64,000 nucleotides of DNA, taken from positions 115,347 through 179,346 of the forward strand of contig CAZNRH010000001.1 of assembly GCA_964575755.1 (NCBI GenBank), read 5' to 3'. Numbering within the stretch: the stretch's first letter is position 1; each line of letters begins with the position of its first letter. Source of the stretch: an uncultured Candidatus Saccharibacteria bacterium (GTDB lineage: Bacteria > Patescibacteriota > Minisyncoccia > Phycocordibacterales > JABMNX01). The notes below the pieces were generated by a model, which was not told where the DNA came from, made no database searches, and saw only the letters and a list, made by a program, of their open reading frames with translations. Of the stretch, positions 32,905 to 41,361 are shown one piece after another. A program made the translations under genes and the position numbers.

Positions 32905-33720
32905 TTAAGTGCAAAAGTTTTCAATAAATTCGCACCATTCTGTTTTTTGGATTGTTAATAAGTCCGACAGAGGAATATTTTTTATATTAAATGTTTCTAC
33001 TAGACTCAGTCCTAGATAATACCCAGCACGAAATGTCCGGACATCCTGGTCATTATTAGCGAGAAATAATTCTTTACTTGAGGTTCGTCTATCTAAAGAT
33101 AATTCTTCTTGAACTTCTTTCCATAAGATTTCTTTTTCTTCTTCGCAATCAGAGAACCATTTTTGTGCAACTTCTTTATCTAAGAAGTCTGCCCATAAAG
33201 CTTCATTCTTTGTAATACCCATAACCTTCATAGATAAGTACGTAGATAACCCTTCTGTTACAAGCTGTCGTCTTAATGACTCTTTTTCTTCTTTATTTGA
33301 AAAATAAAATTCTGGATTTTTTGAATAATGAAGAGAGTGTAGTATTTCGTGCGTAAGAAAAGCGTCAATTTTGTCAGTCGTGTCGTAAGACTCAATCGCA
33401 ATCCAAGTAATAAAAGAGTTTTTATATTTAAACGAATGCCCATTGGAGCTATTAGATCCTACAAAAAGGATAATTTCTATTGAGTCTGTATTAAAACTAT
33501 TTTCCTTTAATTTCTTTTCTATATAATCTAGTCGAGAAAGAATAAGATCTCGTTGTGTTACTGCACCTGTTTCATCTAGAGTCGGTTTGAAATATTTTTC
33601 TTCTGCCCAATATGTAAAATAATGTTTAAAAAGCTCAGGATGCACCTTTTTATACGAAGATATGTTGTCTTCGTGTAGTACTTTTTCTATATATTCTCCT
33701 GTTAAGTCCGTAATTCTCAT
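32905..33720 (-). CDS. Putative zincin metallopeptidase (DUF2268-like)
   Basis: THEILH, LVTEGL, GYYLG; ATG at 33720 follows TATACT. Confidence 0.7.
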   Translation of the reverse strand: MRITDLTGEYIEKVLHEDNISSYKKVHPELFKHYFTYWAEEKYFKPTLDETGAVTQRDLILSRLDYIEKKLKENSFNTDSIEIILFVGSNSSNGHSFKYKNSFITWIAIESYDTTDKIDAFLTHEILHSLHYSKNPEFYFSNKEEKESLRRQLVTEGLSTYLSMKVMGITKNEALWADFLDKEVAQKWFSDCEEEKEILWKEVQEELSLDRRTSSKELFLANNDQDVRTFRAGYYLGLSLVETFNIKNIPLSDLLTIQKTEWCEFIENFCT

Positions 33721-33738
33721 AAGTAAAGTATAGCAAAT

Positions 33739-33765
33739 GGTTCGAATCCTGTCGGGGGTCAACCA
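33739..33765 (+). pseudogene. tRNA 3'-end fragment (T-loop plus acceptor strand)
   Basis: ggttcgaatcctgtcgggggtcaacca with no matching 5' half upstream. Confidence 0.55.
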
Positions 33766-33766
33766 A

Positions 33767-33790
33767 AAGAGCCTTATTTGAAAGGCTCTT
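33767..33790. terminator. Hairpin downstream of tRNA-Asn
   Basis: aagagcctt-atttga-aaggctctt. Confidence 0.65.
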
Positions 33791-33836
33791 AAATCGGGCT
33801 CCGGCGACAGGACTCGAACCTGTGACATCCTCGTTA

Positions 33837-34408
33837 CACTTATCCTATTGTTTCCATTAGGGGTGGACTATATCATCATCCTTTTACACATGAAGTGTGA
33901 AGTGGGATGCAAGGCGCTTCGACCCTGTAAACTACAGGGGCTACTCCCGTAAGGGATAGTCTCTGAACCTTCAATGCACATAAGTGCAAAGCTTGGCTGC
34001 TGATTGCCCACAACATTACTTGCTAGGGTTTCCAGACAGTTCACCTTGTTTTCAATCCATGATTACTCATGAATGCTGCGTTTTCCGCCATGTACTTCTC
34101 TGTAACAATTTGCGCATAGGAGTATGCATCTATCTGCTTCAGCCTTTATTTTCTCCCAAGATCTGGTAAGTCCGCGGACAGACAGAATTCTTTTTGAGAT
34201 GGATCAAGGTGGTGCAAATCAAATGCTTCTGCATAACAACTATATCCACAAAGTTTACATTTACCGCCTTTATACTCAATGACCATTTGCTTCAACTTTC
34301 GTCGACGTTTTGCAACGGCTTTTATTAAGTACTCTCTGCGATCAGCGTACGTTCTTTTATCTGACATAGTATAAGTATACTATGTAAATTAGACGGGAAT
34401 TGTGTTCC
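33837..34408 (-). ncRNA. Group I self-splicing intron (572 nt) at anticodon position 35/36
   Basis: 5' exon ends in U and intron ends in G; core motifs AACTGTCTGGAAACC, AATCAGCAG, GTTCAGAGACTA, GATATAGTCC; guide GCAGC (34079-34075) pairs with exon GCUGU. Confidence 0.9.
34063..34367 (-). pseudogene. Frameshifted HNH homing endonuclease in the intron P1 loop
   Basis: KGGKCKLCGY...FDLHHLDP; a -1 shift near 34175 gives GLTRSWEKIKAEADRCILLCANCYREVH. Confidence 0.8.
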
Positions 34409-34614
34409 ACAGCGAGGCGCTCTACCAACTGAGCTACACCGGAATATATTTTACTTCTGGCAAGCAGGTCATCAACTGAGTCGGCAACCTACTTGCCAGA
34501 ATATGTTCTTTTTTAAAGAACTCACATATTTTACAACAGTATGGCGTTATTGCAATCATTTTTAGGCTTTTACTCGTGTTATACTTTAAGCATTAAAAAT
34601 CACCGAAAATTTAT

Positions 34615-34911
34615 ATGTTGACACTATATGTGAGGAATGGATGTCCGTTTTGTGAGATAGTGCTTGCAAAAATAAAGTATCTCGATTTAAAAATAGAATT
34701 AAAAGATATTGCAGATGAAGAAGTCACTCAAGAACTTATAGCAAGAGGCGGCAAAAAACAGGTGCCGTATTTTACCGACTCTGACCGCAATGTTGAAATG
34801 TATGAGTCGCACGATATAAATATGTACTTGAGTGATAATTACGGAGCGACTTCAAGTGAAGGAGGTATAAAAGAAGAAAGTAATTCACCGAAAGTATGTA
34901 CGTTAGAGTGA
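34615..34911 (+). CDS. Glutaredoxin/GST-N-like protein
   Basis: CPFC, QVPY, MYES.DI. Confidence 0.88.
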   Translation: MLTLYVRNGCPFCEIVLAKIKYLDLKIELKDIADEEVTQELIARGGKKQVPYFTDSDRNVEMYESHDINMYLSDNYGATSSEGGIKEESNSPKVCTLE

Positions 34912-35114
34912 TAGCACATCCAGGTGCAAAGAAGGAGCGTATATTAAAGGAATCCGATTCAGAATATACTATATCTGTACGCGAGAAAGCTGAGCGTAAC
35001 CTAGCGAACAAGAGGATTGTTACAATAATTGCACAAGAGCTTAATGTTGAAGAGAGTAGGGTTCGTATATTAAGCGGACATCGCTCCCAAAGAAAACTTA
35101 TTAGTATAGAATAA
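34896..35114 (+). CDS. DUF167/YggU family protein
   Basis: V...PGAK, A.RN.AN, ILSG..S..K. Confidence 0.85.
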   Translation: MYVRVIAHPGAKKERILKESDSEYTISVREKAERNLANKRIVTIIAQELNVEESRVRILSGHRSQRKLISIE

Positions 35115-35119
35115 TTAAT

Positions 35120-35482
35120 ATGCACTACAATATTAAAAGCACAGACTTTGACATGACTCCAGAGATATCTAAGTATCTCGATGATAAGTTAACAACAATA
35201 GAAAAATATCTAGACAAAGATGATGAAAGTATTAAATGTGATGTAGAAATAGGGAAGACAACAGACCATCACAAGACAGGAAATGTTTATAGAGCTGAGA
35301 TAAACGTATCAGTAGGGAAGAAGATGTTCCGAGCAGTGGCAGAAGAAGAATCGATATACGCAGCAATTGATATTGTTAAAGATGAAATTACAAAACGACT
35401 AAAACGTCAAAAAGGCAAAAACTTCGCGCTACTTAAGCGAGGCGGAGAAAAGATGAAAAACCTACTTAGATTTGGAAGATAA
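35120..35482 (+). CDS. hpf: Ribosome hibernation promoting factor (HPF/RaiA)
   Basis: Sigma-54 modulation/S30AE pattern: T..I..Y...K, AEIN, YAAID. Confidence 0.9.
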   Translation: MHYNIKSTDFDMTPEISKYLDDKLTTIEKYLDKDDESIKCDVEIGKTTDHHKTGNVYRAEINVSVGKKMFRAVAEEESIYAAIDIVKDEITKRLKRQKGKNFALLKRGGEKMKNLLRFGR

Positions 35483-35495
35483 AATTCGATATTGT

Positions 35496-35939
35496 ATGAA
35501 AAGTTCAGATTTTTACGAATAGTTTAAAATAAAAGAGTATAAGTATTTCAATCTTTTGGTGCATGGAAATCAGTCAAACCTTGGACGCGCAGTAGTGTGG
35601 CTTTTAAAAGAAGGAAGAATGCAACGTCTTTCGCATATATCTAGAGATGAGCGAGAGGAGTTATTTTCTGTGATAATGCCAGAGTACGAAAAAGCACTTG
35701 AAAGACTGTGGAAACCTGACTACATGAACTATTCTTGGCTCGGAAATAACTTTGGAAGTCACGAAGGACACGGACATATGCATCTTATTCCACGCTACGA
35801 ATCCTCACGAGGATTTGAAGATCATATATTCACTGATGAGCGATGGAGTAAAAACTATTCTCCCAGTCCACATAGCGATGCTTCAAAAGAAATTGTCCTC
35901 AATATAAAAAAAGCTATTCAGAACGAAATAAACAGCTGA
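35496..35939 (+). pseudogene. HIT-family hydrolase with in-frame TAG at codon 9 (35520-35522)
   Basis: ATG at 35496 is in frame with NYSWLGN...HGHMHLIPRY; a TAG interrupts the N-terminus. Confidence 0.65.
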
Positions 35940-35959
35940 GGTACCTCAGCTGTTTATTT
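35926..35959. repeat. 34-bp perfect palindrome, family copy 2
   Basis: aaataaacagctgaggtacctcagctgtttattt; contains the stop codons of both convergent genes. Confidence 0.8.
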
Positions 35960-36808
35960 TATAAAGTCAGAGTAGTTTATCTCGTTTTTACCCTCTGGTA
36001 TTATGCGGATTATTTTAAGTTTATTATTTTCTATTTCTGCATCAATAATTTTTATACGCTTCTCATCAACAAAAAAATATGTTCCAGGCCATCCTTCATA
36101 CGCTCGTATTTTAAGTAGGTTTTGATACGGGTCGTCATCTAGATTTATTAGCCCGTCTTTCTTTGTAATTTTTTTCGTTAAGGTTGCTTTGCTGTGATCT
36201 TGCTCTGTTGGTGTTATTTCTCCTTTAATCCACTTTGGGAGTAAACCTGCAAGCATCTTACCTCCGTGTCGAGCAAGTTTTTCTTCTAACTCGCTAGCAT
36301 GTGGAGGCCACTGTGATACTTCAATTTTATCTTGTGCAAGCATTGGTCCATGGTCCATCTCATTATCAACAAGCATTATTGTTACACCAATTTCTTTTTC
36401 ATCTGCTAAGATCGCTCCGCGGATTGGGTTTGCTCCACGTAGCTGTGGTAGTAGAGAAGGGTGTACATTAAGAACTTCATGCTTTGGTATCTTAAGTAGG
36501 CTCTTTGGTAAAAACTTTCCATATGCAGCCACAACAAATACATCCCATTCACCCTGTGGAGCTTTATCTTTAAGTTCTATCAAGAACTCGTCATCAATTT
36601 TATCTGGTTGTAGTACTGGAATACTATGCACTTGCGCCCATACTTTGGTTTCAGATGGTGTGATTACCATTTTTCTCCCTTGTGGCTTGTCTGGTGTTGT
36701 AACAACGAGTGATGGTACGATGCCTCCTTTTTCTAGTTCTTCAAGTACAAACACAGAAATCTGTGGAGTCCCAAAGAAAACTATTTTGTAATCATATTCA
36801 TTACTCAT
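35954..36808 (-). CDS. fmt: Methionyl-tRNA formyltransferase
   Basis: FFGTP, PDKPQGR, NVHPSLLP.LRG..P, MDHGP. Confidence 0.97.
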   Translation of the reverse strand: MSNEYDYKIVFFGTPQISVFVLEELEKGGIVPSLVVTTPDKPQGRKMVITPSETKVWAQVHSIPVLQPDKIDDEFLIELKDKAPQGEWDVFVVAAYGKFLPKSLLKIPKHEVLNVHPSLLPQLRGANPIRGAILADEKEIGVTIMLVDNEMDHGPMLAQDKIEVSQWPPHASELEEKLARHGGKMLAGLLPKWIKGEITPTEQDHSKATLTKKITKKDGLINLDDDPYQNLLKIRAYEGWPGTYFFVDEKRIKIIDAEIENNKLKIIRIIPEGKNEINYSDFIK

Positions 36809-37358
36809 CAGCTGTTTTGTCCTCTGTTTTTATCTCTTTAATATCGCTTGCGTGGTCTATATAGAGAATACCGTTAAGGTGATCGATTTCGTGTTGGAAG
36901 ATTTGAGACAAAAGACCACTTGTGCCTTTTGTAAACTTAACGCCGTGTTCATCGTACGCTTCAATAGTTACCTTATCTATACGTTTTACAGTACCGTAAT
37001 ACCCGTCAACAGAAAGACATGCTTCTTCAAGTTTATTAGTTTTCTTTGATGTCTTTATAATTTTTGGGTTTATATATACTAGTTTAAACTTTTTTCTATC
37101 CTCGTTTTTTACTCCTTCGGGTTGTATTCCAACTTTGTCTTTACTTCTATTCTCTAAAACTTTACTAGCTACAATAAATATTTGCTTAGACACCCCTATC
37201 TGAGGTGCAGCAAGAGCAACGCCATGCTCTTTTCCATCAAGAACATCAAACATATCTTTAATAAGCGATTGTATATCATCGCTTTTAATATCTTTCACAG
37301 GCACTTCCTCAGTTTTTTTATGAAGTATCTCTGTTTCTTTTTGAACAATTTCTTTCAT
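36801..37358 (-). CDS. def: Peptide deformylase
   Basis: GVALAAPQIG, EACLSV, QHEIDHLNG. Confidence 0.98.
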   Translation of the reverse strand: MKEIVQKETEILHKKTEEVPVKDIKSDDIQSLIKDMFDVLDGKEHGVALAAPQIGVSKQIFIVASKVLENRSKDKVGIQPEGVKNEDRKKFKLVYINPKIIKTSKKTNKLEEACLSVDGYYGTVKRIDKVTIEAYDEHGVKFTKGTSGLLSQIFQHEIDHLNGILYIDHASDIKEIKTEDKTADE

Positions 37359-37430
37359 ATATGGTTTTACTATACTCTCACACTAATTTTATTTCCACCG
37401 TATGTGATTTATTTAAGAATAAATAAAGAT

Positions 37431-39335
37431 TTACAACAAGCTCTCGGGGTCTACTTTTATAAGGATTTGTGGTGGTAGAGAGCGAAGTTTTTTCAGTAGG
37501 TCTTTGGCTTGCTCAGGGTTAGACCACATCTCTGGTTTAATTTTAATAAGAGCATGACTGGTCTGCTTTCCGTGCCCTGAGGGTATAAACGCAGAGAATA
37601 CTCGCAAATCATAATCTTTAAATAACTCTTCGAGCATGTCGAGCCCCTTAGAGACAGCTATTTTAGTGCCTGAAATAGTGAGCTTAATAAATAAAGAAAA
37701 GGGCGGATATTCAAGATCTTTTCTTAACTTAATTTCTCTACGGTAAAACTCTAACAGGTTTCCATGCACAGCATCTTTGAGTACTTGTTGTTCCGGATTA
37801 CGTGTTTGTAGTAGAAACGATTGTTGAGCCAAAGAGCGCAGCGTGAGTAGTATGGAAAATATTTTTGTTTCAATTTTAAAGTCTGGAATAGACAGCAGAG
37901 AGTCCATTGATGCAATAGCAATATGCTCTATTGGATCCTCTATGTGAGAAAGCGCCATCTCTGTACCAATTAATACACTTCCTGGTGTATTTTTCCATTG
38001 CTCAATAACTACTCTGGCTTTTTTATACGTACTTGTTACATCGCTATCAATACGGAAAAAGATATGTTTTGGAAAACGTTCTTTTAGTTGCTCTTCTATT
38101 AGCTGAATCCCTGCGCCAAGTGCTACTAATTTCCAACCACCACAAACACGACATGTTTCGTTTGCCGAGCGCACCTCGCCATTTTGATGACAATAAAATA
38201 TATTACCCTTACTTGTTTTATGAAGAACCATTGGAGTGTCAGAATACTTACTTATAACCGTTGCGCCACAGTCTGAACACACTGTTGTCGGTGAAAGACC
38301 TCTCCGTGCACTGAAGATAAAGAGATGCGCCGCGCTTTGTTTCGTCTGGTCGACTATATCAGCCAACTCGTCGCTGATTATATCGTACCTACCTTTTAGA
38401 GTCGGTTTGTACTCTCTCATGTCTACTATTGAGTGCTTCGCTGGAGATAGTGGTCTAAAACGAAGGGGTGCAAGCTCAGTAAAAGACCCTTCGTAGTAGT
38501 AGTGAAGTGTTTCAATACGCAGAAATGAATCGGCAAAGATAATGCGTGCCTCTATTTTCTTGGCTAGCATATCTGCAAATACCCTTATATCGACATATGG
38601 ACGTACAAGAGACTTGTATGCACCAGAGCTTTCACGTTCAATTATTATCGTCTTAATATCAGACCGTGGAATTGACAGAAAGATGCCAGTTCCGATTATT
38701 GCTACTGGGTGGTCTGTTTTAAGTGCCTTGTTCCAACGCTCCTGCATTCGTTTTTTAGTGAGACTACTGTGAAGTCCAAACATATATGAATCTATACCTT
38801 TTTCTGACTTTGAAACAAATTGTTCTACATCGTGAAATGTTGGCATGCAGATAAACACAGACTGCTTACGAGCAAAAGCTTCACGAACGAGACTTCTATA
38901 TGTAGAAAAGCGCTCATCTTTATCTGTTTGAAGTACAAGTTTCTCGTAGCTTATTGTTGAAACAGTATTTTTCTTTGAAATAATACTGTGTGCTTCTTGA
39001 GGATTCTCAAGGATAGCTTTAGGTACAAGTAAATTAATAACAGCACCGGCGGTTCCTGTTGTGTAATCTGCCATATCAAGGACTGCCGACATAAATTCAG
39101 GAGAAAAAATTTCATCTTTTTTAACCTCGTCAATCTTTTTAATAGGGTAGGGGGAGAGCTTTAGTCTCGTTTTAACATCTTTCACTTCTTCAGTATATTC
39201 AACAATTGCTGACATCTGCCTGCTTCGAATTGGTACAGTAACAACCGCACCTTTCGGTATGTCTTTTTTTGAAAAATATGAAAGACGGTCTTTGGTGATA
39301 CCGCGCGATATTGGGATTACGTGGACTAGATACAT
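37431..39335 (-). CDS. priA: Primosomal protein N'-like (degenerate helicase motifs)
   Basis: N-terminal V.VP.R, RRG...CSDCG...CRVCG..L...G.G, IDSD, PDF...E, QT.NP, YPPF. Confidence 0.8.
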   Translation of the reverse strand: MYLVHVIPISRGITKDRLSYFSKKDIPKGAVVTVPIRSRQMSAIVEYTEEVKDVKTRLKLSPYPIKKIDEVKKDEIFSPEFMSAVLDMADYTTGTAGAVINLLVPKAILENPQEAHSIISKKNTVSTISYEKLVLQTDKDERFSTYRSLVREAFARKQSVFICMPTFHDVEQFVSKSEKGIDSYMFGLHSSLTKKRMQERWNKALKTDHPVAIIGTGIFLSIPRSDIKTIIIERESSGAYKSLVRPYVDIRVFADMLAKKIEARIIFADSFLRIETLHYYYEGSFTELAPLRFRPLSPAKHSIVDMREYKPTLKGRYDIISDELADIVDQTKQSAAHLFIFSARRGLSPTTVCSDCGATVISKYSDTPMVLHKTSKGNIFYCHQNGEVRSANETCRVCGGWKLVALGAGIQLIEEQLKERFPKHIFFRIDSDVTSTYKKARVVIEQWKNTPGSVLIGTEMALSHIEDPIEHIAIASMDSLLSIPDFKIETKIFSILLTLRSLAQQSFLLQTRNPEQQVLKDAVHGNLLEFYRREIKLRKDLEYPPFSLFIKLTISGTKIAVSKGLDMLEELFKDYDLRVFSAFIPSGHGKQTSHALIKIKPEMWSNPEQAKDLLKKLRSLPPQILIKVDPESLL

Positions 39336-39351
39336 ATCTACAGCATACCAA

Positions 39352-39480
39352 AATTAGAACATGTGTACTTGGCGCACTTCTTTGTTACTTCACAGAACAC
39401 ATCAGTCACCATACGTCCGTATGCCTTCTTCTGTGTTCCGCTCGTGCCTCGAATTGCATCCAAGTACACACGTTCTAATT
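39352..39480. other. MITE-like long hairpin
   Basis: Termini aattagaacatgtgtacttgg / ccaagtacacacgttctaatt; inner cacagaa/ttctgtg stem. Confidence 0.6.
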
Positions 39481-39589
39481 AATATTGTTAGATCGTTTAG
39501 ATTTAGAGAACTCAATAATTGAAATTAAAAAAAGAAAACCGCCCTTTCGAGCGATTTTGTTACGAGTGAGTAGGTTAGTTTCAAACTCA

Positions 39590-39904
39590 TTATCCTTCAT
39601 TGTCTAGTTGTTTGATAGTCACTGCGAATTCAGCTCGTGCTAACATATCAACCAATGGTTTTTTAAGAACGTCTTCAGGAATTTTTTCTTCGGTATTTAT
39701 ATCCAGTTTTTTTAGAATATATTCTAAATTAAAATCATCCGTGCCAGAATTCCCGTTAGGGTCAAGAATGATATCAAGACACAGTACAACGCACTCGTTG
39801 CATATAAATACTGTTGGTCCAGCAACCAGTTTACGCACTTCATTTTGTGATTTTCCACAAAACGAACAGTAGAGAGTGCTTTTAGATTCGTTACCTTCAC
39901 ACAT
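39590..39904 (-). CDS. Stand-alone ClpX C4-type zinc-finger protein
   Basis: [27 protein letters not shown]; no AAA+ domain follows. Confidence 0.85.
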   Translation of the reverse strand: MCEGNESKSTLYCSFCGKSQNEVRKLVAGPTVFICNECVVLCLDIILDPNGNSGTDDFNLEYILKKLDINTEEKIPEDVLKKPLVDMLARAEFAVTIKQLDNEG

Positions 39905-40035
39905 TTTTAGACTCCCATTATTTAAATGTTGGCTTCTTGTCTGATTCTTAAACTAACACTGATAGTGTCCCATGTCAACTTTTGCTTAGCTCATCATTAT
40001 TTGTAAAACATTCCATGAGCGCATACAATACACTC

Positions 40036-41349
40036 ATGCAAGAAAGTCTATTTATAAAAGGTCTCGATGGAGAGAAAACACTTAAAGGTGAGATAACTGT
40101 AAATGCTGCAAAAAATGCAGTGCTTAAAGCAATGATATCGAGTGTTCTTTTTGAAGACGAAATGACCCTTGTAGATGTGCCAAATATAGAAGACGTGCAC
40201 ACTACTGCAGACATACTAGAAGACTTAGGAATCACAGTGAAGATGCATAAAGAAGGAAGTAGGATTAGCTACACTTTCAAGGTTAACGGAGATGCGTCAA
40301 CAAGTCTTAATAAAGAGATTTCAAAAAAGATAAGAGCGTCGATAGTTTTTACAGGTCCAATTCTTTCTCGTTTTGGGAAAGTCACTTTCCCGCATCCTGG
40401 AGGAGATGTAATTGGTGCTCGACCTATCGATATCTTTTTAAATGGGTTTGAAAAATTTGGCGCAGAGGTAACTCATAAAGATGGAAATTATGAACTAAAA
40501 GCAAAAGGAAACAAGTTAAAGGGCGCAGATATATTTTTTGAAAAAATGACGCACACAGGTACAGAAACAATGATGATGACCGCGGTTCTTGCAGAAGGAA
40601 AGACTATACTTAAAAACTGTGCGATGGAGCCAGAAGTTAAAGACTTAGCTGATTTCCTTAACAACTGTGGTGCACATATCTCAGGGGCAGGTACGTCAAC
40701 AATTGAGATAGAGGGAGGAGACCCCCTTAGAGCAAACGGCAGAGAACACAGAGTCATACCAGACAGGCTAGAGGCAGGAAGTTTTTTAATCTTTGGAGCA
40801 CTGTGTGCAGACGAACTTGTTATAAACAATTGTAACCCGTCTCATTTAGAGTCTTTGATAGAGTTACTGCGTAAGTCAGGGGTTTCTATTGATACTGAAG
40901 TGGATAGAATTATTTTAAAGAACGGAAGTAAGAAACCAAATAAAGATTTAAAAGCAGTTGATATTAAGACTCATGAATATCCTGGGTTTGCCACAGACCT
41001 TCAGGCGCCAATGGTTGTGTATGCAACACAGGTGTCAGGTGAGAGCCTTGTGCACGAGACGATATTTGAGGGTCGTCTCAATTACACAGATGATCTAGTG
41101 AGGATGGGTGCAGATATCATAATGTGGGATTCTCATAGGGCTCAAGTGAAAGGACCAGCGCAACTTACTGGAAGATCTCTAGGGAGTCCAGATATACGAG
41201 CAGGGCTTGCTTATGTGATAGCTGCGTCAGTTGCAAAGGGTAATTCACTAATTAATAATGTGTATCATATTGACCGAGGATATGAGAGGATAGAAGAAAG
41301 ACTCAAGAACCTAGGGCTTGATATCACGCGTACAAAAAGAACAGAATAA
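40036..41349 (+). CDS. murA: UDP-N-acetylglucosamine 1-carboxyvinyltransferase
   Basis: AKNA, IRAS, PGGDVIGARP, PDRLEAG, YPGFATDLQ, DIRAG, IDRGYE. Confidence 0.97.
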   Translation: MQESLFIKGLDGEKTLKGEITVNAAKNAVLKAMISSVLFEDEMTLVDVPNIEDVHTTADILEDLGITVKMHKEGSRISYTFKVNGDASTSLNKEISKKIRASIVFTGPILSRFGKVTFPHPGGDVIGARPIDIFLNGFEKFGAEVTHKDGNYELKAKGNKLKGADIFFEKMTHTGTETMMMTAVLAEGKTILKNCAMEPEVKDLADFLNNCGAHISGAGTSTIEIEGGDPLRANGREHRVIPDRLEAGSFLIFGALCADELVINNCNPSHLESLIELLRKSGVSIDTEVDRIILKNGSKKPNKDLKAVDIKTHEYPGFATDLQAPMVVYATQVSGESLVHETIFEGRLNYTDDLVRMGADIIMWDSHRAQVKGPAQLTGRSLGSPDIRAGLAYVIAASVAKGNSLINNVYHIDRGYERIEERLKNLGLDITRTKRTE

Positions 41350-41361
41350 TTCATAACAATA

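Larger units (their letters stand above)
33799..34443 (-). tRNA. tRNA-Asn(GTT), intron-split (exons 34443-34409 and 33836-33799)
   Basis: Spliced sequence TCCGGTG TA GCTCAGTTGGTAGAGC G CCTCG-CT-GT|T-AA-CGAGG ATGTC ACAGG-TTCGAGT-CCTGT CGCCGGA G folds as a full cloverleaf; CCA not encoded. Confidence 0.93.

Noticed and set aside
33721-33828. ORF-track extension of the peptidase gene
   Set aside because: It runs through the tRNA-Asn 3' exon and terminator; the ATG at 33720 has its own -10 box.
34362-34390. dif-like site (...tatactatgtaaat)
   Set aside because: The match is weak and it lies within the intron; the hairpin over the HNH start explains it better.
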